Source: Podospora anserina (Eukaryota). Taken from it: a stretch of 64,000 nucleotides of DNA. Position 1 is the stretch's first letter, and each line of letters opens with the position of its first letter. The position numbers and the translations under genes are program-made. Shown piece by piece: positions 34,068 through 49,328 of this stretch. The DNA lies in the NCBI GenBank assembly GCA_017654855.1, contig CM030335.1:3782001-3846000 (forward strand), in the 5' to 3' direction. The notes under the pieces are model-generated. The model saw only the letters and a list, made by a program, of their open reading frames with translations. It was not told where the DNA came from and searched no databases.

Positions 34068-37000
34068 TCAGTTCCGGACCAAGCCCTTTAATATCTCAAC
34101 AATCTCATCCACCGCAGTACTGGCCCCCTTTGGCCCAACCTTTTCTCCTGGTCCAAAGACACCGATCATCATCATCTCTCCTGTGACAGAAACCTCGACA
34201 TCGATCGCAGCCTGTTCGCGAATCAGTTGCCGTGTGATGAACTCGAACACAGAAAAAGGACTTACCGGATATGATCCTCTCGCTGGATTCGCACCTATAT
34301 CTTCCATCCCATCTCCACCACGTCTTTTGACCGTCCTTTGTCCTACCAATGGACTCGCAATCAACTTGACTTTTCCTTTGGGCGACGACACGGCATTTCC
34401 ATCAGAAGGGTTGGAAATAAAATTAACAAATGAATCCACAATGACCCCCGTCCAGTCCTCGACCTCCCACAGCCCAACAGTGGCATTGGCACCTGAGGAT
34501 ACGGCATGGATATCATCTTGTATTCTGCTTGCAATATCAAACAGATCGGCATCGTCGTTTGCAAAGTTAACTCTCAGCGGGACCAATCGAAGCGTTGGAT
34601 ACGGCGGATCCAAAAGCTCATCTTCTTCCGACTGATTGGCAAGGTAGATCCCGAACACCACGTCTTTCTTCTCAACTTTTGACGAAAGGAACTTTGCATA
34701 AGAGGCCAAAAAGAGTGATTGGAGACTGATCCCTCTGGACATGCAAAGCTGTACAAGCGGTTTGACATCTTGGATTGCCTCGTGTTCGACAAAACTTGTC
34801 CATGACTGTGGCTCTGCCGGCTGGTTGGACCGGGTAGCAGATATGTTGGGGATATCATGAAGCCTCCGACGCCTTGGGGAGCTTGACTGAGACTGCTGGG
34901 CTGTTTTTGGCTCAAGCGTGAGCGATGACGCTTTCGCACCAGCCAAATATTCCTTCCAGAATTGCATCTTGACTGTCTTGCTTTTGGGAGAGTACTCCAC
35001 CCCAAGAGCCTTTTCCCATGCCGTCGTGGCAACTTGAGGCTTCCTCTCTACCCCTGACAGATGTGCACAAAACCTGACGAGAATGGCGGGAAGGCTGACT
35101 GCATCATACATGGCATGATGAATCCGAAACACAAGTGCCCATTTCTTGCCGTGTCGCTTGACCTCAAGACCTGCAAATGGCTGCCGCTTATGTTGCTCAG
35201 GGGCGAAACTCGTCCAAGCAGTCTGGTCCGGCGACAGCTTCTCTTTCAACTTTGTAAACCAACTTCTAGCCTTGGGCCCTGGAGATGGTGGCGGTGTCAT
35301 ATCAGCGTGGTTATTCTCAATAACAACCTGCAGTACCGGAACGTCTCGAGTCCTCGTAGGAAGGAAGAGAGTTCTCAGAATCGGGGTTTCCGCCCTGAGG
35401 GTGTTCCAGGCCACAATGATTGACTTGAGATCGACAGCTCCATCCAACTCGTATCGGAATTCAGGATAGAAAATGGCACCTTGTGTGTTCTGCCAGACGG
35501 AAAGCATGTGTACTTGCATCGACGTGGCCGGAAGGACCGTCTCAACGGTGGATTCCTGCACTCCAGCGGCCGAAAGGAGGCCAGGAACGCCAAGACCATC
35601 AATAACAGAAGACTCTTCCACAGGGTCAATCCCCCTCATTGCAACTGGTGATGGGTGGTTTTGTAGGAGAGTGGCCATCTCAGAGATGGACTTTGCTCTG
35701 AGCAAGTCTCGGAACCGAATCTTGATACCCTGCTTTTGGAGAGCGGAACTAGCCTTGACTGCACTGACCGAATCAAGCCCAAGGTGGTAGATGCTGTGAC
35801 TTTTCAAGATGCTCTCCGTCGGTATTCCCGACACTTCTGCGAGAACATTTCGAATTCTTGACTCTGTTGAACTCCACGCGGAAACTTTGTCGTTTTCCAC
35901 AATTCCATCCTCCTGTGGCTTTGTGTGGTTTTGATGGTCAAGTTCAGCTGGTGGAAGTCCACAAATGGAAACCTTCTGATCCGCAAAGAGTAGGACACTC
36001 TCCTCCGCCGAGGTAATGATATGCTGAAGGACTGCATCCAGTTGATTGACAATCTCCTTGGCGTCCTGGCGTGAGAGGCAAGTTCCATCGCAGGCTGCCC
36101 TCCACACGAGCCCAGGGCCAGACATCTCCATCTCTACGCAGATCGGATACTCAACAGCCGACTCCCCACCTATTGATGTCCATAAAGTATCACCGTCCGC
36201 TGTCGAATAGTCAAAAGGAGTATGCTGCTGAATGAACAAAGAGTTGAACAGTGGTCCGTTGGATCTGGCAAGCTTCTGTGCTTGACGGAGCCCAAAATGC
36301 TGAAATGGACGAATGCCGATCATGTTATCCTGCATATACCGTAACCACGACGACACTGTGCCGTGTAGCACACTCCTGATCGCGACCGTGTTCATGGTTG
36401 GGAACATGACCTTTTCCAACTCTTCGCTGTCGCGGCCTGAGAGAACTACACCAAATGTGACATCAAGCGACCCCGTTCGAGATGCCAGTAGAGCCGCCCA
36501 GCAGGCTTGACCAAGGACCTGGAGGGTAATACCAATGGACTTGCAGAACTGTGTGATATTAAATCTTGTGGATGCAGATGCATACTCGACTCGATGTATA
36601 CCCTGCTGATGGGGCAAGGGCTTCAGTGGGAATATAGTAGACGAGGCACCCTCCAGAAAGCCGGACCAAAATGTCGAGGCGTCTGGCTGGTTTGAAAGCA
36701 ACAGTTGATCAACCAAAGTGCTGTGATCAATTTTCGTCGATACTCCTGAGACCCCCTGATAGGCCGCACGAACATCCTGGTGAAGCAGTCCCAAAGACCA
36801 GCCGTCATAAAGCGCATGGGAGATGGAAAGAATGGCAAATACTTCGTCCGATTTGTTGATGGTGGCAAAGGTAATCTGTAAGAGTTCTTTCTGGCCAGCA
36901 CCGCCAACAGCTCGTAGACGGGCAGCTTCACAGAGGCCCCCAAGCTTATCGACACTCGTCAAGTTCGCCTCAAAGATGAGATTACCCTGGAATTCAGGCT

Positions 37001-40000
37001 TTGTGACTTGGCAGTATGCAAAGTCAAACTGTTTCGCTTCAACGGGCACGAAGACTGTTCGTAAGATCTCCGAATGCTGAACCACCGCTTTCCAAGCGGA
37101 CTTGAGTCGAGTGACATCTACACCAGGGGATAGCTTCCAGATATCGTGATTGAAATACAGCTGAAAATCTGATTCGATCATGTCGGCAACCATAGCTTCT
37201 TGCAGAGGGGTTGGGGGCAGTGCGTCACGCCCAACGATTTCCACAAGACTTGACATTGTCTGGTCCTTCTCCGAGATTTGAATCTCCTCTGGTACGTCAT
37301 AAGACTCGGCTCTGTCTTGAAGTAACTGGACCATGCTCTGAATAGTTTGTGCCTTCATGAGGTCGCTGGTACCAAGCAGCAGACCATGCTTTCTCTTGAG
37401 TCTCGCGGACAGCTTGATCATGTCGATACTGTCAAGACCCAGTTCAAAAACCGGCACCGTCTCAGTAACAAGATCCACAGGTGTCTCCGCCAGCTCTGCT
37501 ATCTCGCGTCGAATTTTGGATGCATCCTCCGTCCAGATGAACTTGGATACCGCATGGGCCCCAATTTGAGAGGACGAAGTTTGGCTGTCGATACCTGTGT
37601 TTTGCTGGGCCCGGACTGATGCGAGGTCGCCGCCGCCGCCACCCTCAACGACGGACTCGTCTAGTCGCTGTGGCATGGATGCCAAAACTTCGACTATCTC
37701 TTCCATAATGCCTGACAAGCTTTTGTGGTCAAATGCATGCTCCTGCGATACAAGCAAGAGGCTCAGATTGCCGTCAGAGTTCAGCGTCACATCCAGTGCG
37801 AGCGGGTAGTCTGGAGTATGGTCTACCTCCACTTCCTTCCACAGCGAAGAACAGTGCTCGCTCATGGTTTCATCTTGAAGTTGAAACGAGAACAAGGTGT
37901 CAAACAGTGGCCTGCCACCAGAGCACCATTTCTGAATATCTCGGAGAGCAACGTGCTGAAATTCGAGCACAGCAGTGTTGAAGTTGTGGCATTGCTGAAT
38001 CAGAGAGGACCAAGTAGTCCACCTACCCCCCTCGGTGCTTGTAATTCGAGCGTAAAATGGAAGTGTGTTGAATAGGGGACCGACGATTCGATCAGCGGCT
38101 TCCAAATCCATGGCTCTTCCGGAAACAATCATGCCGATTGTGGGGTTAATCGCGAGCCTTTTCGCAAGAACGCCAACCCACACGGCTAGCACAATCGCCT
38201 GATGCGTCACTCGGAGTATAGACTTAAGCTCTTCCAACTTTCTAAACGAAAGGCCTGACCGGACCCTGACGGCATTTTTGCTCGAATGGGCTTTATCGGG
38301 CTCAGACAGAGGCGTCGAACCTTGTAGATGTTGGGTCCAGAATTGCCTGCTGCTTGTGAAGTTGCGGAGCGGCCCATAGCACAGCGCCTGCAGGAATGAC
38401 GGGGCAGAATCTGTGAAAGTGTCGGTCAAGCCATTGGCTAAGGCCTGATATTCCGAAGCTATCCGGTTCAAGATGAGCTTCAAGCTGTTGCCGTCGTAAA
38501 GGCCATGGAAAATGTGAAGGACAAGATGCCGAGGGCTGTCTAGGTACGCAACCTCGAATGGTTGAATCAAGCGCTGTCTGTTCCGAGCGATCCACGACGT
38601 TCTCCATCTCGCAACTGCCTCTGTGACCAGTTCATCTGAATGGAGGGCCGACCCGCTTTGTTTCAATGGCGCACTCTCCTTGTCCGGGAGGCATCCCCAC
38701 ACGGGCAAAATAGAGCTATCGATGTATTGAAGAGGCATTTCGCCGTCGAGCGAGGTAGGGACAATCTCTAGAGTTGGGTTGGAAATGTCCAATGAAGGTG
38801 TATCTATGGACCCCAGCTGTGGCGTCCAGGCTTGATGTGACTGCCTTTCGTTGTCCAGAGACATGGTTACCCATGGGAGTTTGACTCTTTTGAGTGCAAC
38901 CTGAATAAAGCCATCTGTCGTTTCAACGAACTTGGTTCTCAAGATGGGGAATGCCACCATGGTGCTCTCCAGAGCCCTGCGAAGCAGCCCGGGTTCAACA
39001 TCGGCTGCTAGATCGAAACGAAATGTGTTGAAATAAGCGTTGTCGGCGGACCGGGAAAGCATGCCTTGTTGCAGTGGCGAGCAAGGAGCGATGTATTGAA
39101 TATCGTCAAGGGAAACGAGTAGCTCTCCACACACATGAGACCGAAATCTGTGAGCACAAGCCTGTACAAGTTGCCGAGCAGATGCCACTGATTCCGTCCC
39201 AGGAGAGCTCTCCTTGCTCTTCAGAGCCTGGGACAGGTCCCCAATCAAGGGATTCCTGAGGATGGTGGCAGGGCTGGCGTGGAGTTGCTCGCTGTCCTTG
39301 AGGGCGCGCGATAGCCGGAGGACTGAGATTGAATCAATACCCAACTCGAAAATACTTGACCCTGGAGTGATACTAGCGATGTCGATCCGCTGCATGGCGG
39401 CAATGACTCTGGCTATTTGCATGCCCGTTGGGCTCAGCTCTCCAGAAGACCTGTCGGCAGCCGACGCCCAAGAAATCAGTCTTTCATGTTCGATGGTAGC
39501 AAAGAATTGTCTAAGCTTTTTGATTTCAGCCTTATTGTTGGCCGAAAGGGGGATGAATGGCAGTTGGAGCACATATGTTGGAACCATGTACCCGGGGAGC
39601 CTCGAACGACACGCATCTCGAGCTCTTCGGCATAGCTCAGCAGCTTCCGTTCCCTCGATGAGGCTCAAAGCTTGGTCGGGGCTTTTCTTGCTCCCCTCGT
39701 CGTTCATGATGAAGGATACCAACAGGTCTTTTTGCTGGGTCTCGTTGCGAACCACGAGGGTAGCTACATCCCGGATCTCAGACACACCTTTTCGGATTGC
39801 GTGATTAATCTCGCCAATTTCTAACCGCTGCCCGCGAAGTTTGACCTGGTCATCTGCTCTGCCCAAGAAGTCAAAGCAACCATCGTGAAGAAGCCGAACC
39901 AAATCTCCGGTCCGATACACACGCTCTCCAAACGGTTGCAGCAACGGAAATCGCTCCCTAGTCAGGTCTTGTCGCCCAAGATAGCCCTTGCCTACGAGGC

Positions 40001-43000
40001 GGCCAGACACACAAAGTTCGCCCACGCCGCCGCGTAAAACAGGCGTATCTGTTCCGGGCTTCAGTACGAATGATCCGACGTTGATGAACTGCTTCCCAAT
40101 GTTGGAAGCCCTGCCGTTGATGGGTACTTGAGGATAAACCGTGACACCAATGGTTGCTTCTGTGGGGCCGTAGAAATTGTATATGACTCTCTTGTCGCCC
40201 CAAATATCGAGAATCTCTTGCTTGAGCGATTCTCCACCTGTGATGAAGACACCTTTGCACAAACTGGGAACATCATCCGGATGCACCAGTCGAGCCAGAC
40301 TCGGTGTAAGATCAATGTGTGTGATTCCCAAGCGGGAGATGGTGCCAGACAGATCCTCCAAAATGATATCTCGTGGAGCAGCAACAAGAGTGATGCCGAC
40401 TGACCAGCTCCAGTACTGCTCAAGGACCGAAACGTCAAAGTGAAGCGAGGCAAACTGCAACCAGCGTGACTCGGGCTCCCATTTGCCCTCGAAGATGTGC
40501 CGAAAAGCAAGCATGCACTGAACCGCGTTGTCGTGTGTGATTTCGCAACCCTTTGGTGTTCCGGTAGTACCCGAAGTGTACAAACAGTAGCAGGCATTGC
40601 TTGGCTCAAGAGATGGACTGAGCACGACAGGTTCAGTGGAGAGCAGCCGGAGTGTCTCTTGGTTGATGGCCATGACCGGAATAGAGACTTCAAACCCAAG
40701 GGACCTCTTCCTGGCATCTGCTGTCAGAAGTGCCGAGGCACCCGAGTCCTTCAAGATGAACTCATTGCGTGATGCCGGTGCCCCAGGGTCCAAGGCAACG
40801 AACGCGCAACCAGCTTTGAGGATGCCAAGGATGGAAAAGTATGCCTCGGGACACTTGTCGAAGTACACCGCGACGATGTCTCCGACCTTTGCATGCTGAG
40901 TCAACAACTTGGCAACCCGATTTCCGTTCTTGTCGAGCTCCTTGTACGTCCACCTCTGATCAATCGGCACGTCTCCGTCGAACGACTCCACAAACTGCAA
41001 AGCACTAGCCTCCGGCGTCTCAAGACTTTGGCGCTCGACGAACTGGTGCAAGAACCTTACTCCTGTTGGGAGCTCGGGCTTTTTTGGTGGTAGAACCGAG
41101 AAAAGGTTGGGCGCACCCAAGAAGAGTTCCGTTTCGAGGTGGTCCGGACTGAACGCCAAATGACATACTGTCGCATCGAACTGGCGAAGGAGTAGTTCGC
41201 TCTGCTCGCTGGGGAGCACATCAGTGAAGAACGTGATCTGATATTTGAGCCGATCTTCTGCCAAAGGTTCAACCTCTATAGAGATGGGATAGTCGATGTT
41301 GGCCTGATCCTCAATCACTCGCCAGGGCCTCGTTTCAGCGTTGTCAACATCAAGCTTTTGATACACCAGCAAGGTATCAAACAACTTTGCGTCGGCATAT
41401 CCAAGCCATTTCTGGATCCTTGTTAAGGGCTGATGTTGCTGGGAATAGATCTCGGCGTTGTACTGCATCATCTGTGCCAAGAGCTTACGGTTGGACTCGG
41501 TGTGTGTTGCAATAATCGGCAGGGTACCAATGCAGGGAAAGGCTGCTTTGCGTGTTGCTTCAGAGTTGCGCCCAGACAACACCACGCCAAAGACGACAGA
41601 CTGTTCACCGAGATATGATGACAAGACGCGCGTCCAGGCAGCTTGAAGAACAGCTTGCATGGAATAACCCGAGCTTCTGACAGCCTCTTCCAGGCTGATC
41701 ATGGGCACCTGGCTGATGAGGGACTGCGTCATAATCTCACGCGATTCCTGACGGAGCGGTGTCATGGTGGGAAAACCATTCACCACCACCTGCTGGCCCC
41801 TTTGCTTCCAGAAGCTTTCAATCTTGTCAGAGGAGGTCGATACCTCATCCAAGATCTCACCCAAAGCATTCTCATCATTGTCGCGTTGGATGATATTGAG
41901 CTCATGCAATGCCTTGGAGAAATCCGACAAAATTAGTTGAAGAGACTGTGCGTCGTAGAGAGCGTGATGTATGGCCAAGTGCATGGTCAGATGGCTGACC
42001 TCTTGCACAAAGGCAATAGCGAAGAGTCTCTTGTGTGGTGCTTCAACAATTTGGTGGCGGGTTCCGAGGCGCCATTGGTCCAAGTCGAAGGCAACTTCAG
42101 GGCTAGTAAAGGTGTTGAGTAAGGGGACAAAGGAGGGTGTGTAGTATTGAATCATGGCAAAATCACAGTCTTGGTGCTCGACAGGCGCAAGGCCCGTCCG
42201 TAGGATAGGATACGTTGCACAAACTGCTTGCCATGCCTCGTGCATCTTGGCAACGGGAATAGGAGTGTCAAACTCAAAAGCCAGGTAGTTGAGATAGTCC
42301 CTGCCACCAGATGTAACAAACTGCGCCATCATACTGGATTGTAAAGGCGTGCAGGGCAAAACCTTTTCCACCATGCTGGGTTCCACCACACCCCGTGCAA
42401 GAATCTGTGGGCGAACTTGGGAATCAAAGCTGGCAAAGTCGTACTGCGGCGTGCGTATTTTGACTCCCTTGCCGGAAGTAATATGGTGAGCCAATCCCTG
42501 GCAAGTGGGATTTGAAACCACGTCACTAGCAAGAACGTGGTACCCGGACTGACGAAGCATAGAAGCCACTTGGACAGCGCTGATACTGTCTAGGCCGAGC
42601 CGATAAATGGTCGTGGATCTTCGCACGTCCCTGGGGTCGCATGACGATAAGGTAGCAAAAACCTGACGAACTGCGATTTCCGTGGCAGTCCATGCTTCCT
42701 CTGAGTGGTCTTCAGGTGGAATCAGATTTTGGCTGCCGGGTAATGGCCGGGAATGGGAAATGAGCGAGAGTCTGTCTTGCAACGATTGTGGAAGGCTGTC
42801 CAGGGTAAGAAGACGACCAGCCGGATACTGAAGGTGCATCTCAACAGCATATACAAAAAGATCCAATACGACCTGATGAGTATCGGTCGAGAGCCTATCG
42901 AATCAGGTGTTAATTGGTGGCTATCATCAGCGCCCTCTGAAGGAAAGGTGTGGATGTTTACCTTTGCCCGTGGAGCTTTACGGTCACTGCATCTGTCGCT

Positions 43001-46000
43001 GTATCGGGGATGACCTCACAAACAAGCGGGATCTGCGATGTATAAGCAAGGGTGAAAGAAACAACTGGGGGATTCAGCGACTTACGTCCATCTCGCCATC
43101 GTCTTGTTCCAATTTCCAGACTCGGCTATCTAGGCACCGAGGGGATTGTTGTAGTAACAAAAGGGTATCGAATAAACGCAGGTTTGCATGTTGCGAAGCT
43201 AGAGATTTAATACGTCGAAGCGGGGTAAACTGATAGTCCAAAGATGCTGTGCTGGTCTTTTGAACTTTTTTGATCAAGTCGAGTCGCTGGTGGACCTCGG
43301 AGAGGTTGACTCTCACAGGGAGGGTATTAAAACAAGGGGCAACCAGCTCGCCGATACCTTCCATAGGAACGGATCGTCCGTTGACCACATTTCCAAAGCA
43401 TACATCATCAGTGTCTAAAAGACACCCTAGTGTGGTTGCCCAACAAGACTGAACCAGTGCAAGAAGAGGAACCCCTATTTCCTTGATCTTTGCTCTGACT
43501 TCTGAGAGAGGAAGCTGAAGTCGTCGAGTTTTGATGGCTATGTTTGCCTTTTCATCGCCTTTTATCAGCTCCGTGACCAGCTTCGGTTGCATTCCAGACA
43601 GATGGGTAGCCCAGAAACTATCTGTTTGCTCCGGCAAAGTCGAAGATTCTTGGAGAAAGGCGGCATATGATGGCGTCGGTGGCAGCGAAAGCCCATGATA
43701 AGTCTTCTCAATCTCATAAAGAAGGCGCTCAACAGCGACACCATCATAAAGAGCATGATGACAGACAAAGGATAAGTATCTCTGAGTCTTGTTCTTGATC
43801 CAGGCAAGTGAGATCATAGGTCGAAGAGAGTCAACGCCATCGCCCAGCAGATTGATTTGCTCAGCCACACAGGAAGGGATTTGTTCTTTTGAAGCGTCAA
43901 ACTCACGCCAGTCCGGCTGCCAGCTATCGAGCACAATTTGAACTATGGGGTGCTGGCTACTGGAAGTGGTCATAAAGCAGGTCCGAAGAATGCCATGCCG
44001 TAATACCATCGCGTTCCAGGCTGTCTCTAGCTGCGCAGGATCTCCACTGACGAGAAACAGCATGCGATTGATATAAGCTTCCTTGCTCGCCGTGGCTGCC
44101 AACATTCCCTCTTGCAACGGGGTACATGGTAGAATCTCTTGAGCCGATGTTCCTTGCTGTCGAAGTATTTCCTTCAGCGACGCCAAGAGGGTCTTCGGTA
44201 ACAGGTCCTGGGCTTTTGGTGGCTCGGATGTTGTCTTTTCGAGATCGAGAAGGATCTTAGCAAGCCGGGAAACATTTGGATTTTGCAGGATGGTCGAGAT
44301 CGGAATGCGTTGACCAAGTTGTGAGTAGAATGACCTCGCCAATTGAATGGCAGAGATGGAGTCCAGACCAAGCGTAACCAGAGATGTCCATCGTTGGACC
44401 TCGTGCCTTGAAATCTTGAGGGCCTCTGTAACCACACGAGCTACTTTCTGCTCGGCTGTTGTCCATTCCTCATGGTCCTCGTCGTTGTCGGCGACGTGAT
44501 CGGTCACCGATGCGAGGTACTCTTGGCTGAGCATTCGGTAGGAGGCGGTAAGCCGTTCCCTGTCCAACTTTCCAGACGCTGTGGTCGGCAAGACGGAAAT
44601 GGGGAGTATCGCCGATGGCACCATGTACTGCGGTAATTTTGAAGTGAGCACTCGAAACAGCGACTGCACCTTTTGTCGGAGATCATTGTTGAGTTCCAAC
44701 AGAGAATATTCGTTTGCTTGGATGCCGCTGGGGACAAAGTAAGAGACTATTTGATCCCGGGAGTCTTCCGGTCCCGCTCGCAAGAACAGACTTGCACAAT
44801 CCTCGACCGCACTCGAGAGCCGCAACGTCGCTGTGATCTCCCCGAGCTCCACCCGCTGTCCGCGGAGCTTAACCTGGTCGTCCACGCGACCAAGAATGAC
44901 CATTGATCCATCCGGGAGCATACGTCCAATATCTCCGGATCGATAGAGCCTACCATAGGTGGGGTGATCGATGAATTTTGATGAAGTTAGGGCGGGCATG
45001 GCGAGATATCCCTGAGCAACCTGATCACCGCCAAAGCAAAATTCGCCGAGGCAGCCCAGTGGAACAACGTGTTCACTATCCTTGAATAAAACAACAGTCG
45101 AAGTGTTTTCAAAAGACCAACCAAGATGCTGGATTGCCTGGTTCGGCCCCATCTTCTTCACACTGCAGATGTTTGTAGTCTCTGACGGGCCGTACCCCTG
45201 GAACAGCTTCCTCCCCCATTTCTTGGCGACTGCCTCCGTCATGGCTTCGCCGGCCGTCACCAGAAACTCCACCGCTGGAACCTTGTCCGGATCGACCAGA
45301 GATGCCACTGTTGGGGTCATGCTTAAGTGGGTGACCTCAAGCATCCTGATTGATCTCTCGAGATCCTCAAAAAGGGTGTCGTTTTTGCCAGAGCAGAGGC
45401 ACATGCCTTGGGTCCAGGCGAAAAATACCTCAAAGACTGAGACATCAAATGCCTGAGAACAAGACTGAAGCAGTCTGGAGCAGCCCTTTACAGGGTAGAT
45501 TCTGGACAAAACATCGAGATTGCTCATGATGTTTAACTGGGTCACGCAAACCCCCTTCGGTACACCGGTGCTGCCAGATGTGTAGATGACATAGGCTAGC
45601 CTCGAGGGGTCAGGATTTGGTGTAATAGCCTTAACTGGAAGCGACATGTATTCGAGCCCGTCGAGGTCCATGATAGTGGGGCAAAGCTGAGGGGATAGTT
45701 TGTCTCGAGTGATCCTGTCCGTGAGGCAGAAACTGACTCCGGCCTGCTGCAGAATGGTGCCGATACGCGTCTCCGGGGTAGTGGGCAGAAGGGGTAGATA
45801 GCCACAGCCAGCTTTGAGGATGGCAAGGATACCAGCGTAGAGGATGACGGACTTCTCCATGATAATGGCCACGACTGCCCCCTCCTTCAGCCCATGTTTT
45901 TGAAGGTGCCATGCAATTTGATTGGCGGTTTGGTTGAGCTGGGCAAATGATAACGTGGTTGTTTTGACAAGATCATCCGAAATACGATGTGCAAAGCACA

Positions 46001-49000
46001 GAGCTTCCTTGTCAGGGTGGTTTGCGGCCACCACGTCAATGGCGTGAGCTAGATCAGGAATTCCAGCAAAGGTCACCGGCTTGGGGTTGAATACGGAGAG
46101 GAGCGACTGGGAGAAGGCTGCTTGTATCCCTGTAATCTTGGAGTCGAGATTCCTGAGCATCCATGAAGCCATCTCGGCGATACAACAGCCCAGGGCTATG
46201 GCTTGCTGATCAGGGAACGTGTTCTCGTGCGATGTAATACGGAGAACAAAGTCATGAGCTCTTGGCTCCACCTCGACAACAAGCTGCGTTTCCAAGAAAT
46301 CCTGATGGTCAACCTCTTCGAATCCCCTGACACAGTCTGGTTTGCTGGTTTGAAGTGACTGCTGATAAACGAACAAAACATCATAAAAGGGCTGCCCTGG
46401 CCGGACTCCCGCTGCCCGCCTGATCTCTGAAAGAGGCAAGGTACTGTATTCGAGAATGGCTCTACTGGTCGCTTGAGTGCTGACAAGGAGATCGGCAATA
46501 CTGCTGACTTGTGAGAAGTCGGTACGAAGTGGCACTGTGGCGATGCAAGGCCCCATCACATCCTCGATCATCGAGATTGGCAGTGTCCTGCCAGATGTCA
46601 CGGTACCGACCACAACATCGTCACTCCCAACCATAGCACTCCAGATCCAGGCGACCGAAGCCTGGAAGATGGTCTGAATCCCGCACTGGATGTCATCTAG
46701 TGATCTCCTTAGCTCGTTTGGGTTGATGTCCACAATGACACTGGAGGTAGAGGTAGGAGACACCTTTGCTGTGCCAGCTCGTAAGATCGGAAGCGCCGCT
46801 GGTTGGAACCCTCGAAGATTTGCCGCCCAAAATTCTTTAGCAGCATCCGAAATGTGACGAAAACACGGGGAGGCATAGTAGCAGGCGATCTTGCTGAACT
46901 GTGGGCGCTCACCAAGCTGTTCTCCTTGCATAAGCGCCGCAAGGTCAGCCATAGCCAAGTCCCATGACCAGCCATCATATATCGCATGATGAAGGTGTAC
47001 CACAGCCTCAACATCAGCGGGTTCACCGATGGTTTGAGCATCCGAGATTTGCACTTTGAAAGGCGTGAGAAAGTCCTGGTCATCTCGCAGTTCAAACTCA
47101 CAAACTGGCGAGTCTGAGAATGAGATGCATGATTCGCAGGCGCGTTCAAAGACGACTTGAAAAAAGTCACCATCGTGGTGGACAAAGCCGGTACGCAGTA
47201 TCTCATTTCTCTCAACAAGCCTCAAGAACCAAGAGCGGACGGAGTCTGGCGAGCAAGGGATCGGGAATCGAAGTTTGATCCAGTTGCAATATGCACGAGG
47301 ATTGGCTGCAGTTTCGGCGAGCATCGAGATCTGGAGGGGTGTGCAGGGGTAAACCGACTGAACCGGCCTGTTGTCTCTAAACAGCTCAGACCTCTGCGCG
47401 AGTACTGCCGGGACGTCTGGTTGCCATGCGCGGGGGTGAAAGGTATCCAGAATGGAGGCTGGTCGATGGCCTTGCTTTTCGGACACGCATGCATGCAGCG
47501 CTGAGATTGTGCGGGACCTCAAGATCTCGATCGCATCACTATCAATACCGGCCTGGCGTAATAAGGAGGCAAGTCGTATAGCAGCCAGTGAATCAAGACC
47601 CATTTGAAGCAAGTTCTGACCCGGTTTCACCTCGGTGCCGAGAACGGTCGCGGCCAAAGAGCACAGTTTTCGTTCAAAATCATCTCTGAAAATGCCTTGT
47701 TGAATGACCTCAGACCCCGCTTGTGAGTTGTTGTACTCGGTAACAAGTCTCTTCCGATCGATTTTGCCCGAGGGGAGTCGAGGAAAGGCGTCCATGACGA
47801 TAACGTCACCAGGCAACATGAACCCCGGGAGCCAAGCGCGACAGGAAGCTTCCACGGCGTTGCCCATGCCATCCGTATGATCCACTGCACAGAAGAGAAC
47901 CAAGATCGAGTTGATGACTGCGGCGACAGCGCTATGACAACCTGTCGTTCTCAGCGCGGCATGTTCCACCTCTCCAAGCTCCATTCGCTGCCCACGGAGC
48001 TTGACCTGGCCGCCTCCTATGCGTCCCAAACACTCAAGCGTGCCGTCGGGCAGTATGCGTGCCTTGTCTCCTGTTCGGTACAAACGGCCGTATGGCGTTT
48101 CGACAAAGGCCTTTGCCGTCATCTCGGGCCGGTTGACGTAGCAGTCTGCAACTTGAGGTCCACCGACAGCAAGCTCTCCGACTTCCCCAAGCGAGAGAAC
48201 CCTAAAGTTTGGAGGCTCGGACTCGTCCTCGGGAATGTTAAGTACAAATGCAGACACCGTGTCGAACGGGATGCCAATGTTGGCTGTGGACATGCTGCAA
48301 GCAAAAGAGGGCTGAACGGTGCAGTGAATGGCGGCCTCGGTTGGCCCATACATACCCCAAAGCATGCTTTCCTTCTCCTCGCTGCCGCCGAATTCCTCAA
48401 CCACAGGCTTTGTGAGCATCTCTCCAATGGTGAGAAGAAGCTGCAGACAGGGAGCACTATCGCGTTTTCGAAGCAAGCTGCCCGCCACACTTGGGGTCAG
48501 CTCACAAGCATCGACCGACATTCGCCTGATGATACCCGGCAGGTCGTTAAGCATTGCACCTCGCGTGCAACTCACCAAGGTCTTGCCTCTGAAAAGTGGA
48601 AAGAATATCTCAAACACGGACACGTCAAAGGTTGGAGCTGCGAACTGAAGAAATCTCGAGAAGGGCGGGACGTGTCGATCATGGGCGAGCAAACTTTGAG
48701 TTGCTGCGTCATGCGAGACACCAACTCCTTTTGGTGTGCCGGTTGAGCCTGAAGTGTACATCACGTAGGCCAGATCCTGAGGCTTCGGCTCATAATGCTG
48801 TGGATCACCTGTTGATTGCCTGGCAGCCCTGGCTGGTGTGTTCTCTCCAACGAGGAGCACAATCCGCCCGGTTTGGCCGACTGGTGGAAGCTTGTTGGCC
48901 AGCTCGTGGGTCGTGATGACTACTTTGGCTTCCACGTCGTCGAGGATGAACTGGCCTCTCTCGAGGGGAACGTCCAAGTTGAGCGGGCAAAAGGCACCGC

Positions 49001-49328
49001 CGGCTTTTAGAATGGCTAGCAGTGCAATGTACAGGTTTGGGCCTTGCGGGACAAGGACAGGAACGACAAACTGTCTGTTGTTATCCCGGGACCCAACCTG
49101 TGCTTGAATTGCGGATGCAAGAGCGCTGGACGCATGGTGTAGTTGGGGGTATGAGATGGAGATTTGGCGGCCCTCATCGTCCAAGAAATCAATAGCCGGC
49201 TCTGCAGACGTTTGGTGAACGAGAAGATGCAACAGACTTGGCCCATTCAAGCGTTTTGGTGGGTGATTGAGAACGGAGAGCCTTTCGTCCACTTGGTGGG
49301 ATTTTTGTGATACGGAGGGGTCCATCAT
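34068..49328 (-). CDS. sidC: Ferrichrome/ferricrocin-type intracellular siderophore NRPS (SidC/NPS2), architecture A-T-C-A-T-C-T-C-A-T-C-T-C-T-C
   Basis: Three A domains (YVMYTSGSTG, YVIYTSGSTG, YCLYTSGTTG), six G(L/I)DS thiolation motifs and six HxxYD condensation motifs. The two large ORFs are joined by two introns around 42893-43085 flanking a small exon (IPLVCEVIPD...). A probable intron lies at 34212-34265. The gene is adjacent to an ornithine monooxygenase. Confidence 0.92.

Noticed and set aside
42867-43085. NRPS split into two genes or broken by a frameshift
   Set aside because: Two canonical GT-AG introns and a small exon restore a continuous reading frame.
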